This document shows, piece by piece, positions 11,298 to 24,975 of a DNA stretch of 64,000 nt. The notes beneath the pieces are model-generated. The model worked only from the letters and a program-made list of their open reading frames with translations, made no database searches and was not told where the DNA came from. Within the stretch, counting starts at the first letter, position 1. Each line of letters opens with the position of its first letter. The stretch lies in contig OX597825.1 in NCBI GenBank assembly GCA_951406725.2, positions 80,786,001 through 80,850,000 on the forward strand, given 5' to 3'. The position numbers and the translations under genes are program-made. This DNA is from Octopus vulgaris (taxonomy: Eukaryota).

Positions 11298-11733
11298 CTG
11301 AAACGAAGTTTAACCTGCTTGCCATGACATATTAACGATCGTTGTCAAAACACTGTCTACTTGCTGAATGACAGGCCGGTTCGTCGCAGGGCCCGCGCTA
11401 TATTTCGACGACGTTGGACGGGTTGGCAAGAAACCGGCATTTAGATCAACGCCTCACCAACCCCTTTTCCACTAACCTCGTCATTGTTGAAGGGACGAGA
11501 GAAATTGCACTTGACTGCTTTTCAATTTTGTTTTCTTCTCTGTTAGTCGAACGAAGAAGAGATGTTACCAATGACTTGTGCAAACACTCCGAAACTGTTG
11601 AATTCAAATTGATAACAACTTTTATCTCTTTGATGTCCTCCTGTATTTAACGGAACTACCTTCGGCTGACCAATCAGTCATTCCTAAGTCATTAAAGAGC
11701 AAACAAGACCGCCACACCCCGCCCATCAAACCA

Positions 11734-11803
<70 letters not shown>

Positions 11804-11844
11804 GTAATAATAATAATGATGATGCTGATGATGATGATGATGAT

Positions 11845-11899
<55 letters not shown>

Positions 11900-11935
11900 G
11901 TAATAATAATAGTAATAATAATAATAGTAATAATA

Positions 11936-12034
<99 letters not shown>
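11734..12034. repeat. (AAT)n/(GAT)n compound microsatellite
   Basis: Visible directly. Confidence 0.95.
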
Positions 12035-12589
12035 TGCCCTGATGCAGTACCAGGCAGTGGCTCTCATGGCTTCTGATCTTAACTGATTGGAAGTGTTATC
12101 ATGTACATTGTTTTGTCTTGGTATAAAAGATGGGCTACAACAAATATTCTGCTCAATACCACAGATTTGCTTGTCAGTTGTTTGACCTTAACCAGTTGAG
12201 CATGTCCCTTAGTGGCTGACGATATGTGCATCTCTGATCACGAGCAGAAGTAGTGGGGGAGCATCATAGCCATGTGTTGAGAGGGATTCTTTGGGGTTTG
12301 AATAATTCACCTCTGGAAACATGGGTGGATCTTTCAACATCCTTAAACAACCCTTATTCAGGGACCTTTTGAGCGGGATGGGCTACTCAACCTGAAGAAA
12401 ATTCTAACTGGGCCCCACCTGCAAGGTCATGTGCTGTTTATGTTGATATGAGATCACCATGTCGCGCACATATGGTTGTGATGCATGTGCCTGGTGTACC
12501 TTTATCAGACGGGTAGTCATGATGGGTATATTGGGCTTCGTATATTTTACTCCAGTGTCACTTTGATGGCATGCACTGCTCTCTCACTC

Positions 12590-12590
<1 letters not shown>
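12035..12590 (+). mobile_element. (AAT)n-associated non-coding retroposon (LINE 3' region or SINE)
   Basis: Flanked by (AAT)n on both sides; shorter copies with the same 3' end CTCTCTCACTC(AAT)n at 32568-32795 and 58360-58528. Confidence 0.75.
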
Positions 12591-12667
<77 letters not shown>

Positions 12668-12799
12668 AAGAAAGTAATAAAATAGAAAATAAGGAAAGGA
12701 TGAGGGGGTGTGTTCACTTTTGATTTTCTTTTCTTTTAATTTTTTTTACTTCTTCCAGTCGTTGGACTGCGACCATTCTGGGGCACCACCTTGAAGAGT

Positions 12800-12976
12800 T
12801 TAAATCAAAGGGGCCGAGTCGATTACATCGACCATTCAACTGACGCTTACTATATCGACCCTGAAAGGGATGAAAGGCAAAGTCGACTTCAGCGGAATTT
12901 GAACTCAGAACGTAAAGACGGACGAAATGCCGTTAAGTATTTTGTCCGGCGTGCTAACGATTCTATCAACTCGCCA
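12800..12976 (-). mobile_element. SINE family S3
   Basis: GAAAGGCAAAGTCGACTTCAGCGGAATTTGAACTCAGAACG...CTCGCC. Confidence 0.8.
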
Positions 12977-13399
12977 CCAATAAGGTGGAAGTCAACATAC
13001 TTGATTAGATAAACTATATAACTTTAATTAAAATTATACTCTTTGTGATAAGAAAAAAAAAATCATCTAATTCTGTTCAAAAGAAAATGGGGAGACAACT
13101 TCGAAATTTTAGGTATTTAGTAGAACAGGACAATTCCGCAAGTGTTTCAGTATTATTATGCTGCATCACCGAATCTTAAACCGTGATTGCTTATCATTTT
13201 ATCTTTATATTTTACTTTTTTCGGTCATTGAACAACAGCCTTCCTGGGGCACCGTCTTCATGGGTTTTAGTCGCAGTGCTTGTTTTTTGAAGTCTGGTAT
13301 TTATTCTGTCAGTCTGTTTTGCTGAACCGCTATATTACGTGGACGCAAACAAACCAATACTGGTTGTTAATCGGCGGAAGAAGACAAACACATACATAT

Positions 13400-13590
13400 G
13401 TTTGTCCCCTCAACATCGCTTGACAACCGATGTCGGTGTGTTTACGTCCGCGTAACTTAGCGGTTCGGCAAAAGTGACCGATAGAATAAGTACAAGGCTT
13501 ACAAAGAATAAGTCCTGGGGTCAATTTGCTCGACTAAAGGCGGCGGTGCTCCAGCATGGCCACTGTCAAATGACTGAAACAAGTAAAAAA
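13400..13590 (+). mobile_element. SINE family S2, 3' half
   Basis: Matches the S2 tail. Confidence 0.8.
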
Positions 13591-14111
13591 GTATATAGAC
13601 AACGAGCTTCCACACAGTTTCCGTCAACCAAAATCACCCATAGGGCATTGGTCTACCCGGGGCTGTAGTAGAAGATGTTTTTCCAAAGGGCCGTAGAGAA
13701 GGGCTGAACCAAACACCACGTGACAGCAAAACAAGTTCGTTAACCGCGCAGCCACTTCCGCACCTTTTTGATGAATAGGATATTAGTCATGGGAAAATAT
13801 CTTAGATTTCCTTGATGTATATAAGAATAACAAACGGGAGAGTTGTCAGATGTATAATCAGGGAAATTCTTTCAAGTACAAACACACCTCGTTGTGTTAC
13901 GGATGTTGTCAAAGATAAATTTAATCAAATCTCAATTGTTTTTATCTTTTTTTGCATAAGTGGTGTCGAATCCACTTTAGGATTGAGTCGCCGACCTCAC
14001 TGCACACGCAAACACCCCCCCCCCACACACACACCGTTATAAGAATATGTGTGCGTGTGTTGTCCAGAGGTGTCACACTTTCGGTCAAAAGTTATACCTT
14101 TTCCCTAACAG

Positions 14112-14487
14112 CAGTGGTTCTCAGCTGGGGTCTACATGACTTCTGAGGTTCCATACAAGATCGTTGGAGTCCAGACAAGCAAAATAGGACATTGAAGATC
14201 CATAGTTGTAATTTAAGGGTCCATGTAATTATTACAAGTAACAGCAAGGTTTCTTTTCTCTGACATTCTAAATACCGACTCAAGCGAATGGGCGAAAAAC
14301 CAAATAGGAATTTTGTAAAAAGTAGCTATAAAAATCATTTTCAGACATCAAATGGACATAAAGGGGGTCACCCTTTATGAAGAGTAATGAAAAGGGTCCA
14401 ATAGTGCAGAAGAATAACCAAAGGGATCCACCAGTGTAGAAGCTTAATGGAAGGGATCCACAAGTAAAAGATGGTTTGGAACTTCTG
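14112..14487. mobile_element. hAT-like MITE (degenerate)
   Basis: CAGTGGTTCTCAGC ... GGTTTGGAACTTCTG imperfect TIRs with internal GGGTCCA/GGATCCA repeats; no clean TSD. Confidence 0.5.
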
Positions 14488-15326
14488 TGTCATAGCATAT
14501 CTCTAATATTTGAATTTAATTAAATCTTAGTATTTCTGTCACGTGCCTTCCTTAATGAAGAGGAAGCTTTATTAACATTTAATGGCGTTTACTTCTTATG
14601 TCACTTGGACCAAACGGCGAGCTGGTGGAATCGTTAGCACTCCGGATAAATGCTAGGCAGTGTTTCGACCGTCTTTACGTCCTGAGTTCAAATTTTGCCG
14701 AGGCACTTTGCCTCTCATCCTTCCAGGGTCGATAAATTAAGAAACTGTTGAACACTTGAATTGAGGTAATGCAATCGACTATGTAATCTCCGGTAATGCA
14801 CTGGCATTCGAATGGTTTAAATTTGAAAAGCCTAACCTGTTTCACAAATTTATGATTTTCAAAAGCTGAGGTAGGAAGACGTGGAACTATTTGCAACTGT
14901 CTTGCTTCTGACTGGAGTTCAGAATTTCTCTTGTTTTTATAGAGAGTAGATGGCACAAATTAGTATCTGTTTTGGGTATGTTTTGCTCAACCGACCATGA
15001 TTTAGAAATTTTCATTGGTTGCCCGCTACGTCCTTGCGTTAATATGTGACTATATTTTTTTGCGCCGAAGATTAATACTGACACGGTTGAGTGGATAGGC
15101 CTTGTGACTGTCCATAAACACGGTTCTCTAAATTTAATCTGTCAAGTGGTAGAGCGGTCAGAAGTTGAATCTATGTAATCCGCTAGCTGAATAGCCGAAT
15201 AGTTGTGATTTATTTCTGCCTGTCTCTGTCTATTTGTCTGTCTGTCTCTCTCCTCTCTATCTCTCTAAATATATATATAAATTTATAATAAAGGCAAGCG
15301 AGTAAGTACACAGGTTTAACCACATG

Positions 15327-15383
<57 letters not shown>

Positions 15384-15866
15384 TGTTTCAGTAATTTTGA
15401 CTGCGGCCATGCTGGAGCACTGCCTTTAGTCGAACAAATCGACCCCAGGACTTATTCTTTGTAAGCCTAGTACTTATTTTATCTGTCTCTTTTGCTGAAC
15501 CGTTACGATACGGGGACGTAAACACCCCAACATCGGTTGTCAGGAGATGGTGGTTGGACAAACACAGACACACAAATACAATATATTCATATATTAATAT
15601 ATATGAGACAACACGCACGAATGTGCAAATTCTACTTGAAAAGTATAATTTAAAAAATTGAAATATAGTTTATAGTATTGAACTATGTAAAAGTGATATA
15701 GGGGTCTGATGATTGGGGTTATATTTTAAGAACGATTCCAGCAAAACACGGAGTGGTTTAGGAACCGGGAAATGTACCTCATGAAACACGTGTATCCAAG
15801 TAGCAGGTATTTAAAATAAAAAATTCTTTTTTATATGGTGAGATGAAGGGGCCTACTATCTCTAAA

Positions 15867-15901
<35 letters not shown>

Positions 15902-16040
15902 GATGAGTTCAGCAAAAAATTTAGATTCAGATGAATATGGTACATAAGTTGAGGCATCAGAATTTAGTACGGTATTATATATACAATTTCAAAGTAAGGT
16001 GATTAAAATCAAAATAAGCAACAAGGATATCCAGAGGTAA

Positions 16041-16127
16041 TGCAGTACGATCGTTTCATGCAACTCCATTTAATTGAACAATGCAATCATTACATCAATT
16101 TAAAATGCAGAGCAATCCTCAGCTGCA
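16041..16127 (-). ncRNA. type-I hammerhead ribozyme motif with extended stem II
   Basis: Minus strand TGCAG-CTGAGGA-TTGC...GCAT-GAAA-CGATCG-TA^-CTGCA: perfect 5-bp stem I, canonical core, palindromic stem III ACGATCGT, GUA site. Confidence 0.8.
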
Positions 16128-16501
16128 CAAAGACATAGAATTTAATTAAATTAGATCAGATGGACACATTAGTATAATTATAGCTAAAATCTCCAGGAAG
16201 TTAAGGAGATAGACAAAGAACATGTTGTTTCCACTTCAGCATAGAAGTTACTAGAATTATCAAGAAGACTCTGCCTGTCACTGATTTTATTTGTTTTTAT
16301 TTAAGTTTCAAGCAACTTCAATATATCTGTTGCCTGCTTCCTTCACCTTATAGTTTGAAAAGGCCACAACCGGCGAAGTGACAGAACAAAGTTATAAGAA
16401 ACATGTTGCTCTCCAAATAGGTATTGAGTCCTCTAGTCGCTTAATGCTCACTGTTTTTAAACATTTAAAGAAAAACACAAACAAACACACGCACGCACGC
16501 A

Positions 16502-16540
<39 letters not shown>

Positions 16541-16542
16541 GC

Positions 16543-16588
<46 letters not shown>

Positions 16589-16691
16589 GCGCGCACACAC
16601 ACACAAACGACGCTGAACGTATTCTGAATAGAAAATCTGCTATTCAGTTCAATGAAATTTTTGACACAAAAATTGCTCCTTCCCCAAAACA

Positions 16692-16758
<67 letters not shown>

Positions 16759-17056
16759 ACGCACAGTCGATAATGCTCTGAAAAGAAATCTACCATTCAA
16801 TTCAATAGAATTTTTGACAATAAATCTTTTCAACTGAATAGAATTTCTGATATTTGACCCCTTGAACTTCGTTCCGGACCACTACCTAGACAACGTACAA
16901 AGCATACGAAATGAAATATCAAATATATTCTTAACTACGCACAAAATACGACAACAAACGTTTTTTTTATTTCTGATTTTTTTTTTCTTATTTCTTAAGT
17001 TGTGACTTTGCACTTTTAATATTTGATAAGATGGACACACACGTCGAAACCCGTAA

Positions 17057-17451
17057 TCTTTATATATGAAAGAGAAGTTGTGTGTCTGTCTCCTACGATT
17101 TAGATTCCTAACTACTCCCACATTTTGCGGTGCAGTTTAACCAAAACCGGGTATTTTATAGTCGTGATTCATATCGAGTCCTTCTGGGTATTAGCGCGCG
17201 TCTACGATGAGTCTACGATTTAAAAAAAAATTACCATCCTCTTTTTCCATTTTAATGCATTTCTTCGCTATTATATGAGGGAAGTAATTCTCTAAAAATG
17301 TCTACGATGAATCAACGATTTAAAAAAATTTACCATCATTTTTTTCCCATTTTTAATGCATTTTTTTGCTATTTTTTGGCTATAACTCTCTAAAAATGCT
17401 TATATAGTTATTTCCTTTACAAACCCGAGCAACGCCGGGCGATACTGCTAG
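17057..17451 (+). mobile_element. non-autonomous Helitron, subtype B
   Basis: 5' TC, 3' hairpin CCCGAGCAACGCCGGG then CTAG, inserted between A and T, no TSD. Confidence 0.9.
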
Positions 17452-17799
17452 TATTTTATAAAAGTCACTTAATATAGCAAACTTAAAAAATACATTTTAC
17501 GTCAGATGAAAGGAGAAAAAAGCAAGACAATCTTTAACGCCATAGCGACGGCTTTTTTTAAAAAAATCATCTCGGTTGAAATCATCAATTAGCGCAGGTC
17601 AATGGTTGGGTGTATACTTAAATCAACTACTTTAACCAGTTTGCAGAGGTGATTCCTTCGGTTGCCTCCACGTGGCAACGGCAATCGCGCCGATTGAAGT
17701 CAGCACTCAGTGCAAGATGACGTGCGGCATATATTTACGTGTCAACTGCTTTAGTATACATAAATACATACATACATACATACATACATAAACACATTA

Positions 17800-17831
<32 letters not shown>

Positions 17832-17882
17832 TCATACATACAGCACAGTCCATACATATATACATATATATACATACATACA

Positions 17883-17921
<39 letters not shown>

Positions 17922-17926
<5 letters not shown>

Positions 17927-18134
17927 GGTCGATCACGTGATATATATATATATATAGTCTGGTCGATCACGTGATATATATATATATATATATATATCTG
18001 GTCGATCACGTGATATATATATATATATCACGTGATCGACCAGACTATCAGAATGTTGCTACACATCGCTGGTCACAATGCGCTTCGCATTGCTTTAGCC
18101 TCCAAATGACGCCACCCGCTGGCTAAGCGAGCAG

Positions 18135-18138
<4 letters not shown>
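17922..18138 (+). mobile_element. short (TA)n-embedded repeat element with inverted CTGGTCGATCACGTGA end copies
   Basis: Body 18028-18138 is homologous to 34291-34450 (-); three inverted copies of its 5' end lie upstream. Confidence 0.65.
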
Positions 18139-18187
<49 letters not shown>

Positions 18188-18578
18188 GCATGCACACACA
18201 CATACACAGAGTATATGAGAATTATGATAAACACAAGTTTATAAAATGTGTTTCTACGGCTACCATCTTCAAGCTGGAGAGATTGGCATCTGGTTAGATA
18301 CGGTAATGTTTATATGCATTCCCTACTGGTTGCATATTCTTGACTTGCTGCACACTCTGTTTACCGACATTACAATTATTACGTAATTACAATCCTTCGG
18401 AAACAGCTGTCGGACCTGAAAGTTCATGCCTTCTCCCCTTAGTTTTCAATATAGTTTGTTTCCTTTTATTTCTGTAAATATATAAACATCCAAATGCTTA
18501 TTCATGAATGTTCATCTGAATATTTTCACCTTTTGTTTCTCTCTCTATATACGTATATATATATTTACATGTATATTC

Positions 18579-18614
18579 CTTTCTGTTGAAGAGCGTAGGC
18601 TTGAAACGTAAAAG
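18579..18614 (+). ncRNA. minimal hammerhead-like motif, same family as 1371
   Basis: CTTT-CTGTTGA-AGAGCGTAGGCTT-GAAA-CGTA^-AAAG, with downstream homology to the 1371 copy. Confidence 0.55.
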
Positions 18615-18739
18615 ACTTTTTTTACCTTCGTGAGCATTTAACTATTACACCTGCTTGTTGTTTATACACCTATCTTCGTCTTTTGTTTTTCTGTAAATTT
18701 CAACTCTCTCCCCCACCCTCTCTCTTTATTATATATATA

Positions 18740-18812
<73 letters not shown>

Positions 18813-18889
18813 GATGGTAAGATAAGATCAACAAAGAAAGTACTCCATCTGGTGAGAGATAAATAGTATTTGATAAACACAATATTTAT

Positions 18890-18971
18890 GTGCTACTATT
18901 AGTTTCATGTGCCGAGAGCATGCTGGCAGTATTTTTAACATGTCTGGTGTTCTACAACAATCATCAGGCAC
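18890..18971 (-). ncRNA. type-I hammerhead ribozyme motif with extended stem II
   Basis: Minus strand GTGC-CTGATGA-TTGT...ACAT-GAAA-CTAATAG-TA^-GCAC: stem I GTGC/GCAC, canonical core, GUA site. Confidence 0.8.
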
Positions 18972-19201
18972 TGCCCATATGGCATAATTAGCTAAATATG
19001 AGATGATAGGACGAGGGAAAAAGCAAGAAATGGCGAGAAAAGTAGATACAAAAGATGGAAGGTTGAAAAACCGGAAAGCGAAAAGAATTCAGAAAGAAAC
19101 CAAAGGGAGAATTAGAGTTATTTCCCTTTAGATCGTAAAATACAAAGCTGAAAAAGATAGTGGCATAGAGTCTGTGGTACAGTCATTCAATCAAAGGATA
19201 G

Positions 19202-19281
<80 letters not shown>

Positions 19282-19636
19282 AATGAGATGGATACACAAA
19301 GAGAAAGAGTTGTGTATATACAAATAAGTCAACAGGAACTTAGTCATATTTTTACAAACGCTGAAAATTTCAGATCTAGAATTCAGTAGTGAGTTCGAGC
19401 TCCAAGATCTGAAAAGGATCTCAGTTCTCTCAGCTACGCATGGCTTACATTTTTTTCATTCGTTAACATATCGTATGGATTTTTCGACTATATTCCATTT
19501 ATCCTATGCGGAATGGCGTCCGATTTCAAGCCCCATACGTGCTTTACTTTCTTTGCCTTGTGTCAAAAGAAAAGTAAAGCTACTAAGTTGTGTATATTAA
19601 ATGATATATATGTATATATATATATATATGTATATA

Positions 19637-19801
19637 GACGTAGAAGTGGATGTGTGGTAAGTAGCCTACTTACCAACCACATGGTCCCGGGATCAGTCCC
19701 ACTGCGTGGCACATTGGGCAAGTGTATTCTACTATAGCCTCGGGCCGACCAAAGCCCTGTGAGTAGATTTGGTAGACGGAAACTGAAAGAAACTTGTCGT
19801 A

Positions 19802-19842
<41 letters not shown>

Positions 19843-20070
19843 GTGTGTGTGTGTGTATGTGTGTGTTTGTGTATCTGTGTTTGTCCCTCCCAACATCGCT
19901 TGACAACCGATGCTGGTATGTTTAAGTTCCCGTAACCTAGCGGTTCGGCAAAAGAGACCCATAGAATAAGTACTAGGCTTACAAAGAATAAGTCCTGGGT
20001 TCGATTTGCTCGACTAAAGGTGGTGCTCCAGCATGGTCACAGTCAAATGACTGAAACAAGTAAAAGAGTA
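19637..20070 (+). mobile_element. SINE family S2, full length (tRNA head, CORE-like motif, internal TA/TG microsatellite)
   Basis: GTGTGGTAAGTAGC...CAGTCCCACTGCGTGGCAC-TTGGGCAAGTG...(TA)n(TG)n...GACTGAAACAAGTAAAAGAG. Confidence 0.9.
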
Positions 20071-20679
20071 TATGTACACACATATACATATACGTATGTA
20101 TGGCAATACGCTTGTGTGTAGGCGTGTATGTTTGCATATGTGAATGGCAGTAATTTGTCATAGGAATATTGAATTAATACCAGCGCTCGAGCGGTACTGT
20201 TTTTCTTTTTACCGACCCCAGAAGTGTGGAACTTCGAACGGGTGCAAAATACCAAACACAGCAAAGCATTTAGTCCGGCGCTCGAACAATATCCTGTCAA
20301 TTCACCATCGCTTGATTTGCTAGATATAACTGCTGAATCATCCAGATGTCTGGAGACTTAAAAAACATGCGTTGATTTAATTGTGTTTCTTGAATAAGCA
20401 ATGCGTAGGAAGGAGCATTGAGGGCTCGGCTGGAACATATTTGTTTTTTTTTTTCGGTCTGTTGGACTAATGTTGACCTCGGCTTAAACAAAAGCAATAC
20501 CAACAACAACGTTTACAACAATGCCGGGTGGAGTTACCAGTTGAAAAGGTAATTAAGAAAGCAGTAAAAACACGAACACAAAACAGGATTCGTTGAGTTT
20601 ATTAAATCAGGCGTTGCGAGTGGGAGAATAAAAGTGTCAGAGATAGAGAGACAGATATAGATAGATAGATAGATAGATT

Positions 20680-20742
<63 letters not shown>

Positions 20743-20743
20743 T

Positions 20744-20778
<35 letters not shown>

Positions 20779-20799
20779 TGATAGATAGATAGATAGATT

Positions 20800-20838
<39 letters not shown>

Positions 20839-20852
20839 TGATTGATAGATAG

Positions 20853-20883
<31 letters not shown>

Positions 20884-20992
20884 TTTAATGAGATGGATAC
20901 ACAAAGAGAAAGAGTTGTGTATATAAAAATAAGTATATTAGAAGTATATGTATATGTATGCATGTATGTATGTATGTATGTCTCTCTCTCTG

Positions 20993-21038
<46 letters not shown>

Positions 21039-21166
21039 CCCACATATACGCAAGCACGTAAGAAATGGAGAGATAGATAGATAACAAGATAGGCAGATAG
21101 ATAGATAGATTGACTGACAGACAAATTGATGGATGGCTGAATGCACAGATTGATAGATAGATAAAA

Positions 21167-21251
<85 letters not shown>

Positions 21252-22139
21252 ATATTTTATTTTATATGTCTTTCGTATATATTTTTATTAATGCACCCAT
21301 TTTTTAAAAGCAATGTTTTTTTTAAAAAAAGCAATGTTGTCAAATTTAGAATGTTTATATAAGTTTGTGTATAGCAAAGCATATGTATTTGTAAGCATAC
21401 GTATCTGTGTATGTGTAAGTGAAAGTATGCTTGTGCTTAAGCACGCATACACACGACGGTATGTATATGTATCAATTCAAACTTGTGTATGTATACTGGC
21501 CTCTATAGATGCCAATAATATCGCTACAAGTTTTTTCCCCACCCCTCCTTCGTTCCTTTTTCTCTCTTTCCCTTTCTTTCGTTCCCCCTCCTTGCTCAGT
21601 ATATGAGAATTGCTACATAGATGAATTTTAGCTTGCGTGCGAGACGGTTTTGCGTGAATATATGTACACATGCTTTTATGTGTATAATTTAGATTCATAT
21701 TCATACGTCTGTATATGTATGTATGAAATATGTATTGCAGTATTTATAACAGGTTTAATTTCTATGCATTAATTTGTACTGTCTTCATTAACGGCAATAG
21801 GTTTTTCCTCGGTTTTTCCTCGGATTTTATAATTTTTATAAGTTTTTTTATATATATATACATATATTTTTGACCTTTTTGTTTATCGCTCGAAGATTGA
21901 CCGTTTTTTCTAAAGGGCCAATCAAACAAGCCCATTTCTTTTTAAAGGTGTAGCGTTTGTAAGAGTATAGATTGAATTAATATATATGTTCCATTCTAGC
22001 AAAAACTGTCTGATGAACGGCAACGAGATAACAAGATAGGCAGATTTTGATGAATAGATTGACTGACAGACAAATAAAGATGGATTACTCTATGCACAGT
22101 ATTTGAGTAGATAGATCCACCTTGTTTCACATTTATGTG

Positions 22140-22175
<36 letters not shown>

Positions 22176-22176
<1 letters not shown>

Positions 22177-22827
22177 GGTGCAGGAGTGGCTGTGTGTGAG
22201 ATTGTGCCACCTTCTTTCCTCAGTAGGGAAAGGAAGGCTTGTTTTTCCTGCGTAGTAGCCATATTGAAAGAAACAGTATGGAAGACGCGTACGAAAGGTA
22301 TAGTGACAGGTACCTTTGTATCCGGCCAGGGGTTGGTTAACTTTTCAGTTACCACCTCGATAGTAAGATCAGGCTGGAGAAGAGGTGTCTGTCACGAGAT
22401 ATGTTTGCGAAAAGATGGAAGTCTGTAGCATGCAAGCTGGGTATATCTGGCACCAGGTAAGTGTGGCCGGATCAAGAAGTAAAGGTTCTACTCAGATGGC
22501 TGGGATCCGTGCCCTACTGTATAATAACAAATTTTTAAAACTTTATATTGTAAATATTATATATATTTTATTGTAATCACCAACGTTTTAAGCTACAACA
22601 CCCTATATGTTTGTCTGTATTTGTATGTCCCCTCTATGTAACGCCTTAATGGCGAATCTTTCATGAAATAAAGTAGCTTGCTAACCAACCACATGGTTCC
22701 GGGTTCAGTCCCACTGCGTGGCATCTTGGGCAGGTGTCTTCTACTATAGCCTCGGACCGACCAATGCCTTGTGAGTGGATTTGGTAGACGGAAACTGAAA
22801 GAAAAGTCCGTCGTATATATGTATATA

Positions 22828-22876
<49 letters not shown>

Positions 22877-22891
22877 ATATGTATATATGTA

Positions 22892-22971
<80 letters not shown>

Positions 22972-23190
22972 TGTGTGTGTTTGTGTGTCTGTGTTTGTCC
23001 CCCTAGCATTGCTTGACAACCGATGCTGGTGCGTTTATGTCCCCCGTTACTTTGCGGTTCGGCAAAAGAGTCCCGATAGAATAAGTACTGGACTTACAAA
23101 AGAATAAGTCCCGGGGTCGAGTTGCTCGATTAAAGGCCGTGCTCCAGCATGGCCGCAGTCAAATGACTGAAACAAGTAAAAGAGTAAAGA
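22176..23190 (+). mobile_element. SINE family S2 interrupted in its head by an insertion
   Basis: Head begins GGTGCAGGAGTGGCTGTG and resumes AAGTAGCTTGC at ~22671. Confidence 0.85.
22195..22663. mobile_element. probable solo LTR
   Basis: ~470-bp unique insert with TG...CA ends and short inverted termini TGTGAGATT / AATCTTTCA; no clear TSD. Confidence 0.5.
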
Positions 23191-23211
23191 GTATATATAT
23201 ATATATGTATG

Positions 23212-23265
<54 letters not shown>

Positions 23266-23364
23266 TAAAATGGTAAGATAACAAAAGAAAGAAAGAGACC
23301 TCGATGTTATGTAAATAGAGGAATTTATCATGGCTACCGAATAATTGTCACATAATACATTTAC

Positions 23365-23410
<46 letters not shown>

Positions 23411-24975
23411 CATACTACATAAATAGATAGACAGAGAGACAGACAGGCCAAGAGAGAAAGAGAGAGACAGAGAGAGACAGATAGGTGGATAAAGGTAGTT
23501 AGTGATGCAGAGACAAGGAGAGCCACAAAGATTAATGAAAAAAGGGGAGGGGTATTAGTTAGGGAGTGGCCTTGACAGATCATTACTACGTAGTTAAATG
23601 CAGAGAATAACATTTACAGAGAGAAACTTCTCCGCGACACCATCTGCAAGAAAAAGCAATAGCTCAGTCAAAAGCTACCATATTCAATTCAATTCAATAA
23701 AAACCTAATTGGAAATAATTATGCGTTGAAGAAAAGACAATATTAGAGGCTGATAGTGTTATAATTATTCTGAGAAGTAGGGGAGATAACTTCAGCAATG
23801 TTTATCCTAGTCTCTTGCGTTAGTGATTGAATTACGGCCTTGCTGGAGCATCGTTTTGAAGACTTTTGTCGAACAAAGTGACTCTGTTATTTATTCTAAA
23901 AGTTTAGTACTCATTTTATCGATCTGTTTGCTGGATCGCTACGTTATGGGGAGGAAAGCAAAGTAAAACTGGTTGTCAAGCGGCAAGGTAGGGGAACAGC
24001 CACACACATACACGCACACACGCATGTACATATGCACACACTGACACACGCACACACACATATAAAACATACTCATACACACATACACACACACAAACAC
24101 ACACACGCACACACTGACACGCATACACATATAAAACATACTCATACACACATACACGAAAAACACACTCACACACAAACACGCACGCACACACATGCAC
24201 ACACACAAACACACACACACAAACACTCACACACGCACACACTGACACACAAAAACTCACATATAAAACAAACTCATACACACAAACACACACACAAACA
24301 CACATACACAAACACGCACGCACACACATGCACACGCTCACACGCACACACACAAATGCACACACACACACACTCACACACACACACACACACACGATGG
24401 GTTTCCGCACAGTTTCCGTTCTAAATTCACTTACAAAGCATTGGTCGTGGGACACACATGACCAAGGTGGCGTGAAGTAGAACTGAACTCAAAACTACAC
24501 AGTTTGAATTACCTTCAGCTAAACAGACATTACCGACCAGAGAATTATTCTTATTAAATAATTCTTCTTTCGAGGTCGATAAATTAAGTACCAGTTACGC
24601 ACTGGGTTCGATCTAATCGACTAGACCCCTCTCCAAAATTTCGAGCCTTGTGCCTAGAGTAGAAAAGAATATTAACGAAGTTTATTCTCTTGCAATCATT
24701 TGGATCACCAAGTTTCCAGTTTGTGAGTGACTCCTCACACCACTTCCGGTGGCCCTGAAAATAAAATTATTCATGACCCTTTCCGTTGCTGATTGTGTTG
24801 ATAAGCGTAGGCTATCTTCACAACCACATGGCTAAGTTGCTCGCTTTGCAACACTTTGGACAAGTGTCTTCTACTATAGCCCCGGGTTGACCAATGCCTT
24901 GTGAAGGAATTTGGCCGACGGAAACTGTGGAAGTCTGTCGTGTATATATATTATTATATATAAAATTAATTTAAA

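Noticed and set aside
22008-22035. CTGATGA motif as a hammerhead
   Set aside because: No stem II or GAAA follows
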